Positions 46,865 to 58,607 of a DNA stretch of 64,000 nucleotides are shown here, in pieces. The notes below the pieces were generated by a model that was not told the origin of the DNA, searched no databases, and saw nothing but the letters and a program-made list of their open reading frames with translations. The position numbers and the translations under genes were made by a program. How positions within the stretch are numbered: the first letter of the stretch is position 1; every line of letters starts with the position of its first letter. Source of the stretch: Tieghemostelium lacteum (lineage: Eukaryota); NCBI GenBank assembly GCA_001606155.1, contig LODT01000034.1, positions 161,665 to 225,664 on the forward strand, written 5' to 3'.

Positions 46865-49800
46865 TTAGATTTTTTCTTGTTTTATGGTTATATTGGTGTA
46901 GTCGAAATCATCACTTTCGTCATGATAGTTACTCTTATTGATTTTACTGTAATCAATGTCCTCTTCGTCACTTGATATTACAATGTAGTCAGGTTCAACT
47001 TGTTTTTGGGATTGTAAATATTTAACTTTTTCTTGAAGATTTTCAATTTCTGTTGACTTTAGACTGAGTTCAAAATAGAGTTCTGACATTCTACTTTGGT
47101 AGTCTTCAACAGAGTTGGTATGAGTTTTGTCTAGTTTATGATACTGTTGTTTCAAATTGGTGTATTTATTCACCAGTTCTTGATGATCAGTATTCTGTTG
47201 AGATAGTTCACCAATCAGTAAATTAGAATGTGATGTTAAGTTACTTTCTATCTCATCAGTTATAGATTTATAGGAATTATCGATGTCTGATGAAATTGTA
47301 GTTTTTAGATTTAACAATTCCAATTGATATCTTGATTCTTGCGATTGAATTTCAGTATCTCTCTTCACTAGTAGCTGATTTTGAATTTCTAATTTACCAT
47401 ATAAATCTCTAATGACATTATTCAGTTCAGTCTCTCTATCCATTCTAACTTGTTCTGATTGTTTTAATAATGTTAATTCATTCTCCAAATCCTGTATTCT
47501 CTTGGATTGTTGTCCAATTACTTCAGTATTAACATCAACAGTATTTGTTATTCCTACTGTTGAAGTTGGCTGTAAATTCTGTATTGTTGAATTTAAAATC
47601 TCAATTCTTTCTTCTAAATCCAAAATTAAATCATTTTTAGATTCCAAAATTTCTTGTAAATCCAATAGATCTACACTATTATTATTATTATTACTACTAT
47701 GGTTATTGATACCACTACTACTAATAGTAGAATGTTCATTTAAATCCAATTCAAATTTAATAGGACTATTATCATTGATAACAGACTGATTTAGAACATC
47801 TTTTGGAGTAGATATAAATATTTCAGATAACCTCTGATTGGAAATCTGGGTTGACTCCAATAGAATTTTAAGTTTTGTAATATAATGATTCTTGTCATCC
47901 AATTCTCTGATTAATTGTAATTTTGATTGATTGGATTGTACAATTTGTTCTTCTAATGCCACAATAGTTTTGTTTAACTCTGCTATAGTTTCACCAGATG
48001 TCAGTGTCTGTGAATTGGTTTTTGTTAGAATTTCCATTAGAGTCTCTACATTATCTTTATATTTAACAATCTCGTTCTGGTAATTATCCTTCACCAATTC
48101 TATTTGTTTCTGTTGTTCATGGTAATTATTAATCAATGATTTACTCTCAGACTCCAATTGCACATACTTCTGATACAATAGCTGATGATCCAATTCCATT
48201 GTCTTCTTTTCATTATCCCATACTTCTCTCAACTTTTCCATTTCTGTTCTAAACTTTTCCTTTAAAATATAAGGTGAAATTGGTGAATTCTCTATAATAT
48301 TATCCTGAACCAGCTTATTTGGAGTTTTCATTATACTTGGTGTTAATATATTATTACTATTATTACTATTAATATTATTAACCTGATAAGGTTGTGATAG
48401 TTTTTGTTTTAAAAGTGTATTTACTTCAGTTACTAATTCTGTAATTTGTTGTCTAAGACCAGTGATTTGGTCTTCATAAAAATCTTTACCATCTCTAAAC
48501 ATACTTTCATATTGTGATACTAGTTCCTTTAGATTTAGATTTTCAATTGCTAATCTAGAGATCTCAGGATGAGATTGTATTTGTAACTTTAGAATCTGAA
48601 TTTCTTCCAAAAGGTCTTGTTCATAGGTGGTCTTGGTAGTGGTTGATTGTTTATTAGAAGCATTTTGTAGTCTTGCAATGTGACTCTCTCTTAATTTCAA
48701 TACCAATTTGAGAGAACTTATAAAATGTTGTTTTTTATCACACAAAATCTTGAGTGCCTTGTTCTTAGATAGATAGTTTTCTGTTAATGAATTCAATGAT
48801 TCTTCTCTCTCCAGTGAATTTGATAGTAAGACCTCCAGATCATAGATCCTCTCTTGATAAGGTCTATTTGAATTACTACTAATACCACCAATGGTACTAC
48901 TGGTGCCAGTAGAGATAATAGTGTTATTCGATGCAGATGAAGAGGTTGCCAATCTTGTTATATCTTGACGAAGCTTTAGTATTTCGTCTTTAAGGTTACC
49001 TATATTAGCTAGAGACTCTTCATTTATAATTGCAATGTTTTTTACATTTTTAACTCGGTGTGCAAATTGTAGTGTTGAAAGTGTTTCGGTGTAGGATATG
49101 TCTTCTGGTGAGACTGTGGCAATTAGATAGGTTTTAGAGTTACCTCCTAGAGAGTCTTTGAGTAAGAATGATAGTTTACTGTCTCTGTAGGGTATATGTC
49201 TTGGTTTACCTTTAGATAAGTCTACAAGAGCTCTAATAACAGTACCCAACACTGTAAGTGACTTATTGATATTACCAGCTTCTCTCAGACGTCCTCCTAC
49301 TGAATCTGTGGATTTCTGTCTTTCAGAACCTGCTAGATCTATAATATTGAATCTAGAGTATTTAGACTTACTACCCCCAGTTTTCTCGTCTTTTACCCTA
49401 CTCTCCAAGTGTAGTGACAGTACACTATGTGATCTAGAGCTATTGAGATTAAGTTGAGTGCTGGCTACATGTCGATGGTGCATGCCAGTCATTAACAGTC
49501 CCATAGCAACTTTAGTAGACTTTACTTCAACCTCTTTTAAACCCTCTACATAGATACCCTTGGTATTGTCATCTCTTATATTCAAGTTACTACTCGTACC
49601 TTGTGTGCCACCTATAGGTAGAGGATGTTGAATATTCGTAGGTTTCTCTAACAAATCAATTATATGTTCATTGTAAATTTCTAAAAAAGATAAAGTACAT
49701 TTATAGGTAGTTAGATTGTTCAATAGACCTCCATTCTCTGTGAATAGACTCTGAAATACTCTTGGAATTAGACCATGATGAGGTTGTAGTTGGTCACTGT

Positions 49801-50104
49801 TTACACCTTCACCTTGGATGGTATAACTCTTTCCACTTGCTGTCTGGCCATACGCAAATATGCATGTATTGTATCCATTTACAAATGACTCTACCAGAGG
49901 TCTGGCAATACTCTGGTAAAGACTCTGTTGAGATACAGTCTCATCTGCAACCATATCATAACTAAACACTTTAGATTCCGGTTTACCAGCTATCAATATT
50001 GAGTTTTGTGCAGGTATTGCTGATATACATCTCTTAGACTCACCACTTTGAATAGGTTTTACTCTAACACAAACTTTTACATTATCTACATAATTTTGTG
50101 ACAT
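46865..50104 (-). CDS. Kinesin family motor protein with an N-terminal motor domain and a long coiled-coil stalk, 1079 aa
   Basis: P-loop GQTASGKSYT, switch motifs SSRSH and DLAGSE, extensive heptad-rich stalk. ATG at 50104. Confidence 0.9.
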   Translation of the reverse strand: MSQNYVDNVKVCVRVKPIQSGESKRCISAIPAQNSILIAGKPESKVFSYDMVADETVSQQSLYQSIARPLVESFVNGYNTCIFAYGQTASGKSYTIQGEGVNSDQLQPHHGLIPRVFQSLFTENGGLLNNLTTYKCTLSFLEIYNEHIIDLLEKPTNIQHPLPIGGTQGTSSNLNIRDDNTKGIYVEGLKEVEVKSTKVAMGLLMTGMHHRHVASTQLNLNSSRSHSVLSLHLESRVKDEKTGGSKSKYSRFNIIDLAGSERQKSTDSVGGRLREAGNINKSLTVLGTVIRALVDLSKGKPRHIPYRDSKLSFLLKDSLGGNSKTYLIATVSPEDISYTETLSTLQFAHRVKNVKNIAIINEESLANIGNLKDEILKLRQDITRLATSSSASNNTIISTGTSSTIGGISSNSNRPYQERIYDLEVLLSNSLEREESLNSLTENYLSKNKALKILCDKKQHFISSLKLVLKLRESHIARLQNASNKQSTTTKTTYEQDLLEEIQILKLQIQSHPEISRLAIENLNLKELVSQYESMFRDGKDFYEDQITGLRQQITELVTEVNTLLKQKLSQPYQVNNINSNNSNNILTPSIMKTPNKLVQDNIIENSPISPYILKEKFRTEMEKLREVWDNEKKTMELDHQLLYQKYVQLESESKSLINNYHEQQKQIELVKDNYQNEIVKYKDNVETLMEILTKTNSQTLTSGETIAELNKTIVALEEQIVQSNQSKLQLIRELDDKNHYITKLKILLESTQISNQRLSEIFISTPKDVLNQSVINDNSPIKFELDLNEHSTISSSGINNHSSNNNNNSVDLLDLQEILESKNDLILDLEERIEILNSTIQNLQPTSTVGITNTVDVNTEVIGQQSKRIQDLENELTLLKQSEQVRMDRETELNNVIRDLYGKLEIQNQLLVKRDTEIQSQESRYQLELLNLKTTISSDIDNSYKSITDEIESNLTSHSNLLIGELSQQNTDHQELVNKYTNLKQQYHKLDKTHTNSVEDYQSRMSELYFELSLKSTEIENLQEKVKYLQSQKQVEPDYIVISSDEEDIDYSKINKSNYHDESDDFDYTNITIKQEKI

Positions 50105-50242
50105 TTCATAAGTGTTTTCTAAAAAATTAAGTTTTAAAAAAAAAAGGAGGGAAACTTCTATTTCAATAAAATAATATCTTTTAAATAAACAAAATATTAT
50201 TTAAATATTATTACTTGTTTTCGTTTATTTATTCGTCATATT

Positions 50243-51346
50243 TTAATTGGAATATGCAAGTGCAATGGGACCTACTTCAACTTCATATTTAATATCGATA
50301 GTTTGAGTTGAAATAACAATGTTTTGGGAGATTGAATAAGTTGAGATATTGTAATTTACAAAACCGTGCATTATGAATATTTGGTCGTCACCATCATAGG
50401 CTTCATAAGTAACCATATTGTAATCAATAGCATCAAAATTCAATAATTCTTTGTATTGACCAGTGCTAGGATTGAAATTGACAATATCATATTTAAATGA
50501 TCTCCATGTTGGTGGTGTAGTTTTCAAAATTGAAATAACTTCAGTTTCAGATTGGAAAGAGATCAAAGTTAAACTGTAAAAGTATTTATCAATATTATAG
50601 ATATCAACAATACTGACAATAGTTTGTGATTGGAGATCAATAGTAGCTAAATATGCGCATCCTGTAACAACACTACATGGATGCTCTTGATCACCATCAG
50701 ACATACTTGAACCAGAACCAGAATCAGTACTATCTGAAACTGGGTTATTTAAAGTTACATATAATAATTGATTATCACTATCCAAAGCAGTTTCATACCA
50801 TCCATTTGCTACTGTAAATTCAAAAATTCCTGGTAACTCAATTAGAAAATCACTATATTTAATAGCATTAGTATACTTAAACTCTAAGAGAACTCTCTTT
50901 TGTTTTATAAAAATTTCAATTTACCTGTTAACTTCTAAATTTAAAGGATCAAGACTTAAAGCATGAGTACCATTGAATGTTAGAAGATAGTTTCCATTTG
51001 GACCTAGAATACTTGTGTATGAAACATAGAAATCTGGTACAGCTTCAGTTTGAACTACTGGATTTCCAGATTGAATTTGTTGAACTGTTGTATAAGAATT
51101 TCCATAAGCTTCAGAGGAAATGAAAGCTAAAACTGTGGTGGAATTAACTGCTACTAAGTTATTTAGAATACCCAAATCGTCAACAGTTACATTTATAAAT
51201 GGAGAAGTATCACCATTGGTTGGGTCAAGGATATCAGCTACAAGTTGGGGAGCAAAGAAAAGATAGAGATTTCCTTTAGATGATTGACATTGAGCAACTG
51301 TCACTAGAAAGAGTGATAATATAAGACCTAATACCTGTCTATTCAT
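50243..51346 (-). CDS. Secreted hypothetical protein of about 343 aa. Exons 51346..50925 and 50852..50243, with a 72-nt intron (GTAAAT..TATAG)
   Basis: Signal peptide MNRQVLGLILSLFLVTVAQC from ATG 51346. The track's 51442 start gives an N-terminus before the signal peptide. Phase-2 donor/acceptor are consistent with the two ORF frames. Confidence 0.5.
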
Positions 51347-51668
51347 TTTAAAATTCGTCAGATATTTATAGTTGAATTGTTTAATATGAAATAAATAAAA
51401 AAAAAAATAAATTATGATGGTTTTTATTTTAAAAATATCCACTGACCCGATCAGATATTTTTGTTCTTAAAGAACGAGAAAATTACCATGATATCATTTT
51501 TTCATTCAGACACATTCGCAACGTTACTCAGAACATTAAATAAAAAAATGGTGTAAATAATGTCAATTTCAAATAAATTTAAAGATTTATTTATTAATAA
51601 TATTTAATTTATTTATTTCTTGATTTTCTATACTTTTTTTTTTTTTATTTATTTGAAAAATCACCATT

Positions 51669-53132
51669 ATGAGTGAATTAAGAGTAAAGACAAGTCTCGA
51701 GACTTTTGATATTGAACAAAAGCAATCAAATAAGGGAGTAAAAGATGAAATTGAAACCTATTTTTTATATCAGAATTTTGAAATGGTTACTATAAAACTA
51801 TTGGATTTAATATTCAAAGAGTTTGGTAATACACCTACACATGTATTAAACCAGAGAATAGACTCTAAACTATCTATTACACCTGAAGTTGTACATGATA
51901 TATCAATGTGTAATCATCAATGTAAATCTATTGATTGTCAATGTCAATGGATAATACAGTTATTTATACAGTCATTATTTGAACTTGGACATTCATCAGA
52001 AGCTTTAGTAATGTCTAATAAGTTCTATAAAAATGGTCTAAAGAATGCACCTATAAATGTTCTAGTTTTATCGTAAGTGTTTAGTAATATTAAGTTGCAT
52101 AGACAGAGAGAAAGAGAGGGTACTAATATTCAGTATCTCACTATTAATAGTATACAATTATTAATCTATTTAAAGAGTTATGAAGAATGTAAATCAATGA
52201 TATTGGATGTCATTGATAGAAAAGTTAAGGAAGATATGCAAAAGTTACCATCTACTATAACTCAAAATGACTATGAACAGTTGATTGAGTTATTGATATT
52301 TCATATCATGTTTAGATTGAATGAAATTCAAGAATCATTTCAGTTACTAAAGAATGATCCTTATCTATCGAAATGGAAGAAAGAAGGTTTCACTAATGCC
52401 TTAAAAGAGATGGTTGAAATTAGAGATATAGAAGAAAAGAATCAATTAGAACTACAAAAACGTATTTCATCATCACCATCAACTTCACCAAAATCAATGG
52501 AAAAAAGTAATAATAATAATAATAATGTAGAACAAAAACTACAACAAACACAACCTCAACCAATACCAAGTAAATTAAATGATACTTCGATAGATAAAGA
52601 AAAGATAGAAAAGAAAAAACAGTCAGTTGGGTTGGTGGCACATATTTACGAGATTATCAATGAAATACTGACTAGTAAGAATATAACAGAGACTGTAAAG
52701 AGAATAATATGGAATAACTTTTACAGATTTTTAAGATTTGTAAAGGCATTATTTATAAAATATCAACAATTGTATAATATATATTCAGTTAAACTCAATA
52801 GATATATACCATCTTTTCTAGTATCAGTAATTATTATTATTGGGATTAAATATTTATTATTTAGATTAAATCAAAGAAATACACAAAATTTAATTGAACC
52901 AATACAACAACAAAGATTAATATCACCACCACAACAACAACAACAACAACCACCTAAAAGATCATTTGGTATTAAAAATGTAAATAATAACAATAATAAT
53001 AATCAAAATATAGTAGGTAATAGAAGTAATTATAAATCAACATTACCAAGTTCAGTTAGAAATCATCAAAGAAATAATAATATATTTTCATCAGTTAAAC
53101 AATTATTATTAAATTCAATAAAATTTAATTAA
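51669..53132 (+). CDS. Hypothetical protein with one TM helix near the C-terminus and Q/N-rich tails. The two same-frame ORFs are split only by TAA 52074-52076, which overlaps a GTAAGT. Either a 78-nt intron (52073..52150) or two separate genes
   Basis: ORFs 51669..52076 and 52077..53132 are in the same frame. The donor TC|GTAAGT sits at 52073. A phase-compatible acceptor CTATTAATAG lies at 52150. Confidence 0.45.
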
Positions 53133-53271
53133 TTGAAGAAATGTGATTCACTCATTTCTTCACTTTATTATAAAAAAGGTTTTATTTGAAGTTGAAAATA
53201 TACAAATTTTAAAAATTACAAATATTTGAAGTTATTTAATATATAATAATGTTATATTTATATATATATAT

Positions 53272-53988
53272 TTATTTTGGCCACATTTGATAACCACCAA
53301 TGACAGCAGAGGTCATACCAGCAACACCAACAGTTCCCTGTGAAAATTGATAGAATTTCAATAGAGTAGCAGCAATTAACAAATCTGCAACATTCTTGAT
53401 GAAATTCAAATATAATTCGTTCTTTTTCTTTAGGGTTGCTTTTAGTTTGTCTTTGTATTCCTGATCATCTAGAGATTTAGTTTGCAATTTAAGAGAGTTC
53501 TCTTGACTCAAAGTCTGTTTAAGTGTGTTCAAATCGATAATGATAGAACACAATAGACCTGCAAACCAAGATACACTGCTATACCATCCCAATTTGACTG
53601 TATCGAATTTATGTAGACCAATGTTGGTCAATAAGATTAAATGATCAAATACCCAGTAAAAGTACATTCCAAATTGTCTGATCATTGCCAAAATATTCAG
53701 AGGTGCGAATGGTCTGGCAACTTTAAAGAGATCAATAATCTTCTTTTGTTCAGCAAATGTGTTACCTAATCTCCATACTTTTCTAGCTGATCCTGAAGTT
53801 GTCTCTAATTGTTTCCAAACTTTTATCCAATCAGATTTTGGTGATCTTCTCAATGCCATATATCCTAATAGCTTAGCTCCATATTGTAGAATCTTAGCCA
53901 ATTTATCTTTTCCACTGGTCAATGATAGAAATTTAATTAAATTATCTAGAAATTTGTTTACACAATCAACTGATTTTGATAGTGACAT
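53272..53988 (-). CDS. pex11: Peroxin Pex11 (peroxisomal membrane biogenesis/division factor), 238 aa
   Basis: N-terminal LDNLIKFLSLTSGKDKLAKILQYGAKLL matches the Pex11 family signature (..FL..T.GRDK..R..QY). Correct size. Amphipathic/hydrophobic C-terminal region ending in MWPK. Confidence 0.7.
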   Translation of the reverse strand: MSLSKSVDCVNKFLDNLIKFLSLTSGKDKLAKILQYGAKLLGYMALRRSPKSDWIKVWKQLETTSGSARKVWRLGNTFAEQKKIIDLFKVARPFAPLNILAMIRQFGMYFYWVFDHLILLTNIGLHKFDTVKLGWYSSVSWFAGLLCSIIIDLNTLKQTLSQENSLKLQTKSLDDQEYKDKLKATLKKKNELYLNFIKNVADLLIAATLLKFYQFSQGTVGVAGMTSAVIGGYQMWPK

Positions 53989-54425
53989 TTTGTGTATTTG
54001 TGTATATGCAAAGTTTGATCTAAACTTGCTCTAATTGTAAAAACTATCAAAACTAAAAAAAAAAAAGAATTAAAAAAAAAAAATAAATTTAATTTAATTT
54101 TTAAAAATTATGCGATATTGATATCTCGAAATGGATAAATATTATTGGTTTAATTCTGAGTAAGAACTTCCAATTTACAATATAATTAATATAATGCTTA
54201 AAAAAAAAAAACAAAAATTATTTATTTAGTGTATGAGTGTGGTGCTTTTAGAGTGGGAAACTAAAAAGATTGAAATGAGATGTGTGTTGATATAACAACC
54301 CCCTTTCTCTTCCCTCTCCTTTCTTTCTTTCAAAAATAATTTAGAATTTAAACATATTAGAAAATTTCTAATTCTATTGACTTATATTATATCCATATAA
54401 CTAAGTTAATTAATTAACTCCTCTA

Positions 54426-55340
54426 ATGCAATCATTTGAATCCTCACCTAAACCAATTGCAGTAAATAACAATATAAATGATGACTTTGATGAAAACTTT
54501 TTTTCATTTAAAGACAAAATGAAAGATGAAGATTCAATTGAATTTAATTCATATGAAGGTTAGTTATCATTATTAAACAATATATTATTAGGTTATTTAA
54601 TAACTCTCAATAACCTTAGAAAAATTAAATTATAATTATATATATTAATAATTTAAATTATAAACTTTTCATAGATTTAGAATATGACGAAGAAAGTGAT
54701 TACTCTAAAAATACATTAGTAGAACCTCCTAGAGCCACAGGATTTCTAATGAAATTTATATTCTTATTTCATCCTTATCTATTGATTCTATTTATATTAC
54801 CTGGAATCCTTACATTTTGGATAATGTTTATATCAGGTGAGAATTCTTTGAAACCTTTCATCTATATTGTATTTATTATGGTACCTTTACTATTCCAAAT
54901 CATTCTATTAGCCTATCATTCACGATCATTTTTATTTTTGAATTATGGTAGACAAGCAATTTCAAGAAAATGTTAGTATTTATATATACATATATATATA
55001 TGTAATCTTAGGTACTAATTATATTTATATAGATAATAATTTATCATCAAATCAATTTGGACAATTGTATCAACTGGTTGATGTTCAAACTCAATCAGTA
55101 ATAACATTGCTAGATAGTAGAATAGCAGATGAGAAAGCAATGTATCTCTATATACCAATTACAAAAGAGGTCTTTAATATGTCCTATTTTGAATCTACAT
55201 TTAAAATCAATGCATTAGGTCACTGGAAAGTCGTAATGACATGGAAATCTCTATTAAGTTTCTTTGTGTGTGCTCTCATTCTAGTGGAATTAGTTCTACT
55301 AATTGTTCTAAAAAGTTGGTTTTTCCAAATGTTTAAATAG
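54426..55340 (+). CDS. Small multi-pass membrane protein. Exons 54426..54558, 54675..54971 and 55033..55340 (about 245 aa), with two introns that both start GTTAGT. Alternatively it ends at the TAG at 54974-54976
   Basis: Exon 1 stops at GAA G|GTTAGT. The 116-nt AT-rich intron ends TTTTCATAG. Exon 2's frame is open back to the acceptor. Exon 2's stop codon is overlapped by T|GTTAGT, and a phase-matched acceptor TATATAG at 55032 joins the following ORF frame. Confidence 0.4.
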
Positions 55341-55423
55341 GACATAAACTACTTATTCTCCAACTGAACTAACTTGATTCAAAAATAAATCAATTTGTAT
55401 ATAGCCTCTGTTTATTATCACTG

Positions 55424-56671
55424 TTATTGAGTACTGGTACTAGTTGTAGTTGTAGTTGTATTATTATTGTTATTTGTTTCTTCTAAAGGTTTAACAAACT
55501 TTCCTCTAACCCATACTCTGTACATTGAAATCATTCTTTTTCTATTTCTCAGTTCTCTAGTTTCGTAGGAAGAAAACTCAGTTATGAAACCAACCTTCTC
55601 AAAGGCAGCTTGAAGAATTTCTTTGGTGAAAAAGTAGGTTCTAGTACCATCAGAACGAAGATAAAAATGTTCGTCTAGTTTTCTTCCTTGTTTAGCTAGA
55701 AATCTCAATTGAGTGAGATCATAAAGTCCATAGTCTCTAACATAGACAACTCCACCAGGTTTCAAAGATTTGTAGATGGTTGATAACACATGATCGAATC
55801 TCTCTGGACTGATAGCAGACAATACAAATATCATCAATGTGATATCAATACTGTTATCTTTAATAAACATTGGTAGTTGTTGAGTAGCAATATCACAAAC
55901 AAACGCAGTTAATCTATCTTCATTGTAATTTGGGTGAGATTTCACTAGTTTCACAGCATTTGGTGAGAAATCAAAAGCGTAAAAATACTTTTCAGGGTTA
56001 ATCTTTAGTATTGGGAATACTGCATTTCCAGCACCACATCCAACCTCCATAACAGTTCCTTTACATTCATCCTTTTTCAACTCTGTAACAAATTTCCACC
56101 ATTTATCTTTTTCCTCTACAATTTCATCTTTCTCTTCTTTTTCTCTATTTTCAACTTCTTCATTTTCATCATTATTATTTTTGTTGTTATTGTTATTGTT
56201 GCTGTTGTTTGATTGCTGTACCTGAGGATTCTCTTTTTTATCAGAAAAGTATATCCTAGTTTGATCTCTATTGAGTGACATTGGATTCAGTTCAGGAAAC
56301 TCCAAATGCAAATAAGTTCTATCTTTAAAGAACTTATCTTTATTGTTTTTGTAAAATACATCCCAATGATTCATTGCATTCTGTTCATATTTATTCTTTT
56401 CTTCACTACTGATTACTTGTGTTTCTTTCTCTAAAATGTATTTTGCAGTTTGTTCCTTTACAAAATCCCAGTCAACATTATCCCAAGAGGTTTCATTTGA
56501 TATCTCTTGATCAATAACCGATTTCTCAGTTGTTGCACCTGAGTATTTTGTATTCATATCAACCCATTTCTTTCCTTCTAGATCATTGTTATTCCAATGT
56601 TCTTTTTTTTTCTTTCCATCCAAATCATGTCCATTCCATGTTTTATCGTTTTTTTCGTTACTTGTCGACAT
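55424..56671 (-). CDS. METTL2/METTL6/Trm140-type tRNA m3C methyltransferase (class I SAM MTase), 415 aa
   Basis: N-terminal family motif HWDVFYKNNKDKFFKDRTYLHLEFPEL. SAM motif I VMEVGCGAGNAVFPIL. ATG at 56671, where the track start 56734 is GTG. Confidence 0.8.
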   Translation of the reverse strand: MSTSNEKNDKTWNGHDLDGKKKKEHWNNNDLEGKKWVDMNTKYSGATTEKSVIDQEISNETSWDNVDWDFVKEQTAKYILEKETQVISSEEKNKYEQNAMNHWDVFYKNNKDKFFKDRTYLHLEFPELNPMSLNRDQTRIYFSDKKENPQVQQSNNSNNNNNNKNNNDENEEVENREKEEKDEIVEEKDKWWKFVTELKKDECKGTVMEVGCGAGNAVFPILKINPEKYFYAFDFSPNAVKLVKSHPNYNEDRLTAFVCDIATQQLPMFIKDNSIDITLMIFVLSAISPERFDHVLSTIYKSLKPGGVVYVRDYGLYDLTQLRFLAKQGRKLDEHFYLRSDGTRTYFFTKEILQAAFEKVGFITEFSSYETRELRNRKRMISMYRVWVRGKFVKPLEETNNNNNTTTTTTSTSTQ

Positions 56672-56752
56672 CTTATAAGTGTGCTTTTTGGACTTTTTTT
56701 GAAAAACAAAATTACAAAAAACAATTATAAACACATTTCAATTTGTATGATT
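56672..56752. promoter_or_regulatory. 81-bp divergent spacer between the methyltransferase ATG (56671, minus) and the first tandem F-box/LRR-like gene ATG (56753, plus)
   Basis: ATG positions determined by translation. The spacer is A-rich. Confidence 0.35.
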
Positions 56753-58492
56753 ATGAAACTACCAAAACCTATCATCAAAATTATATTTCAATATTTGTTG
56801 GATAATATAAAAGATGGTCAATATCAAACATTATCATTTTATCAGTACTTTTTAAATACAATTTCATTGGTATCAAAAGAATGTCTAGATATCAGTAAGA
56901 CATTAAGATATGGCGGTTTTAAAATCAATAAGAATGATATAACGGAACATAAACACATTAATAATCTATTAAAAAGAGGATTAGTATTTAATAAGGCTAT
57001 TTATAATTGTCCATTTTCATCATTTTTTTATACAGATCGTATAGTTTGTAAAGAGATTATAGACAATTGGAATAACAACCAATATCCATTATCAACACCA
57101 TTAACAGTGTCTAAAGACTATGTAGCTTTTGACCACCTCATTCTATCTGATCTACAGAGTCTTGAGTATGTTGCCATTAATTTAGGATACAAGAGTGTTA
57201 CAAATGTTTCTAATGAAGTTCAAAAAGGAATTGATTCTGTTAAACCATTCTATTTAATTCTAAAGAATTACGATAGAATTGAAAGGTTAATGATAAAATT
57301 AAAGTATAGTTCTATAGCTGATATACATAGTCTGGTAGTTAGATATCAAGTTTGTCATTTACAATTGAAAATTAGGTCTTGTGTGATCAGTAAAGAAATT
57401 GAACCTATATACTCTTCGTTGAAACGGTTAAATGTTAAATATGATCATATATCTGATACAGTGGTTTTAGAATACATTAATCTTCTAAAATATAACCCAC
57501 AATTAGATGAGTTGGTTTTGGTAATGAAAAGTGTTAAACAATCTGATAACACTACTCCTGTCAGTACACTGTTAATTGATGAATTAATTCAGCATAAGTC
57601 ACTTAAAACTATTGATATATTGAGTGATGATATATCAGAGGATTACAACACCATTGAAAAGTTTTTAAATGGTAATAGTGTTGTTGAATCACTTAGATGT
57701 CACATTAAGAGCATAGAAAAGCAAAATGAATCTATACAAATACGAAATTCAACAATTAAAAATCTCATGGTATGTCTTGGTAGATATGGTTTTATAGATT
57801 CAAGAATTTATGGTACTTGGGTAGTGCCATCATCTATTCAATCCATAACACTCAGTCATATAACAGACATAAAGAAATATCACAAAAATCTCACAGAACT
57901 TTCATTCTCATCTCAGGATATCATTCTATCATCGATAGGTTCTGTCATTGATAGTTTACCTCTACTTAGACGTATTAAATATCTGCAATCTTCTCGATAC
58001 CAGTTCATTTCTAATACTTTTATTGATCCTATTATAACATCAATTAATAATCATGCCTCAATTAGAAATTTAAATATAACTGAATCGAAGTCAATGCTCA
58101 AGAAAGTGTTCTCTGAAATCACAAATACGAATATCAACAAGGTTCACACAAATTTAAGCGCAGATCAATTTGAATTAATTCCTGAAATTATATCCAATAC
58201 CACTATTAACCATATAGTATTTGTATTGGGTAATTATATTAGTGGAGATACAACAACTGAGCTTATAGAATCATTCTTTGAAATATTAGAAAAGAAAGTA
58301 AATTTGCAATCACTGAAATTTACAATATCTTCTGCATTTTCACCATATTCTAGACAAAAATTTACAAATAATTTAATACGTTATTATAAGAATCATAAAA
58401 ATCCATTACCACCATACTCCATTTCTTTCAATTACCTGAAAGAAGATACAATTGATACATTTGAAATCTACAATAAACTATTTTTCAAGTGA
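56753..58492 (+). CDS. F-box-like/LRR-like family protein, tandem copy 1 (579 aa)
   Basis: MKLPKPIIKIIFQYLL..ISLVSKECLDISKTL F-box-like N-terminus. Repeated L-rich units. C-terminus ..NPLPPYSISFNYLKEDTIDTFEIYNKLFFK. Confidence 0.55.
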   Translation: MKLPKPIIKIIFQYLLDNIKDGQYQTLSFYQYFLNTISLVSKECLDISKTLRYGGFKINKNDITEHKHINNLLKRGLVFNKAIYNCPFSSFFYTDRIVCKEIIDNWNNNQYPLSTPLTVSKDYVAFDHLILSDLQSLEYVAINLGYKSVTNVSNEVQKGIDSVKPFYLILKNYDRIERLMIKLKYSSIADIHSLVVRYQVCHLQLKIRSCVISKEIEPIYSSLKRLNVKYDHISDTVVLEYINLLKYNPQLDELVLVMKSVKQSDNTTPVSTLLIDELIQHKSLKTIDILSDDISEDYNTIEKFLNGNSVVESLRCHIKSIEKQNESIQIRNSTIKNLMVCLGRYGFIDSRIYGTWVVPSSIQSITLSHITDIKKYHKNLTELSFSSQDIILSSIGSVIDSLPLLRRIKYLQSSRYQFISNTFIDPIITSINNHASIRNLNITESKSMLKKVFSEITNTNINKVHTNLSADQFELIPEIISNTTINHIVFVLGNYISGDTTTELIESFFEILEKKVNLQSLKFTISSAFSPYSRQKFTNNLIRYYKNHKNPLPPYSISFNYLKEDTIDTFEIYNKLFFK

Positions 58493-58607
58493 ACTGTTTT
58501 TTTATTAATCAAAAAAAAATAAAAATAAGTTCCCAGGGTGAACTAGAAGTGTAAAACCAGGTGTGTTATATTTTTTAATTCATTATTCATTATAGAAAAT
58601 TCACCTT

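Noticed and set aside
56597-56752. Track start of the first tandem F-box/LRR gene (MFFFFLSIQ...)
   Set aside because: It would overlap the divergent methyltransferase coding region. The conserved family N-terminus MKLPKP begins at ATG 56753.
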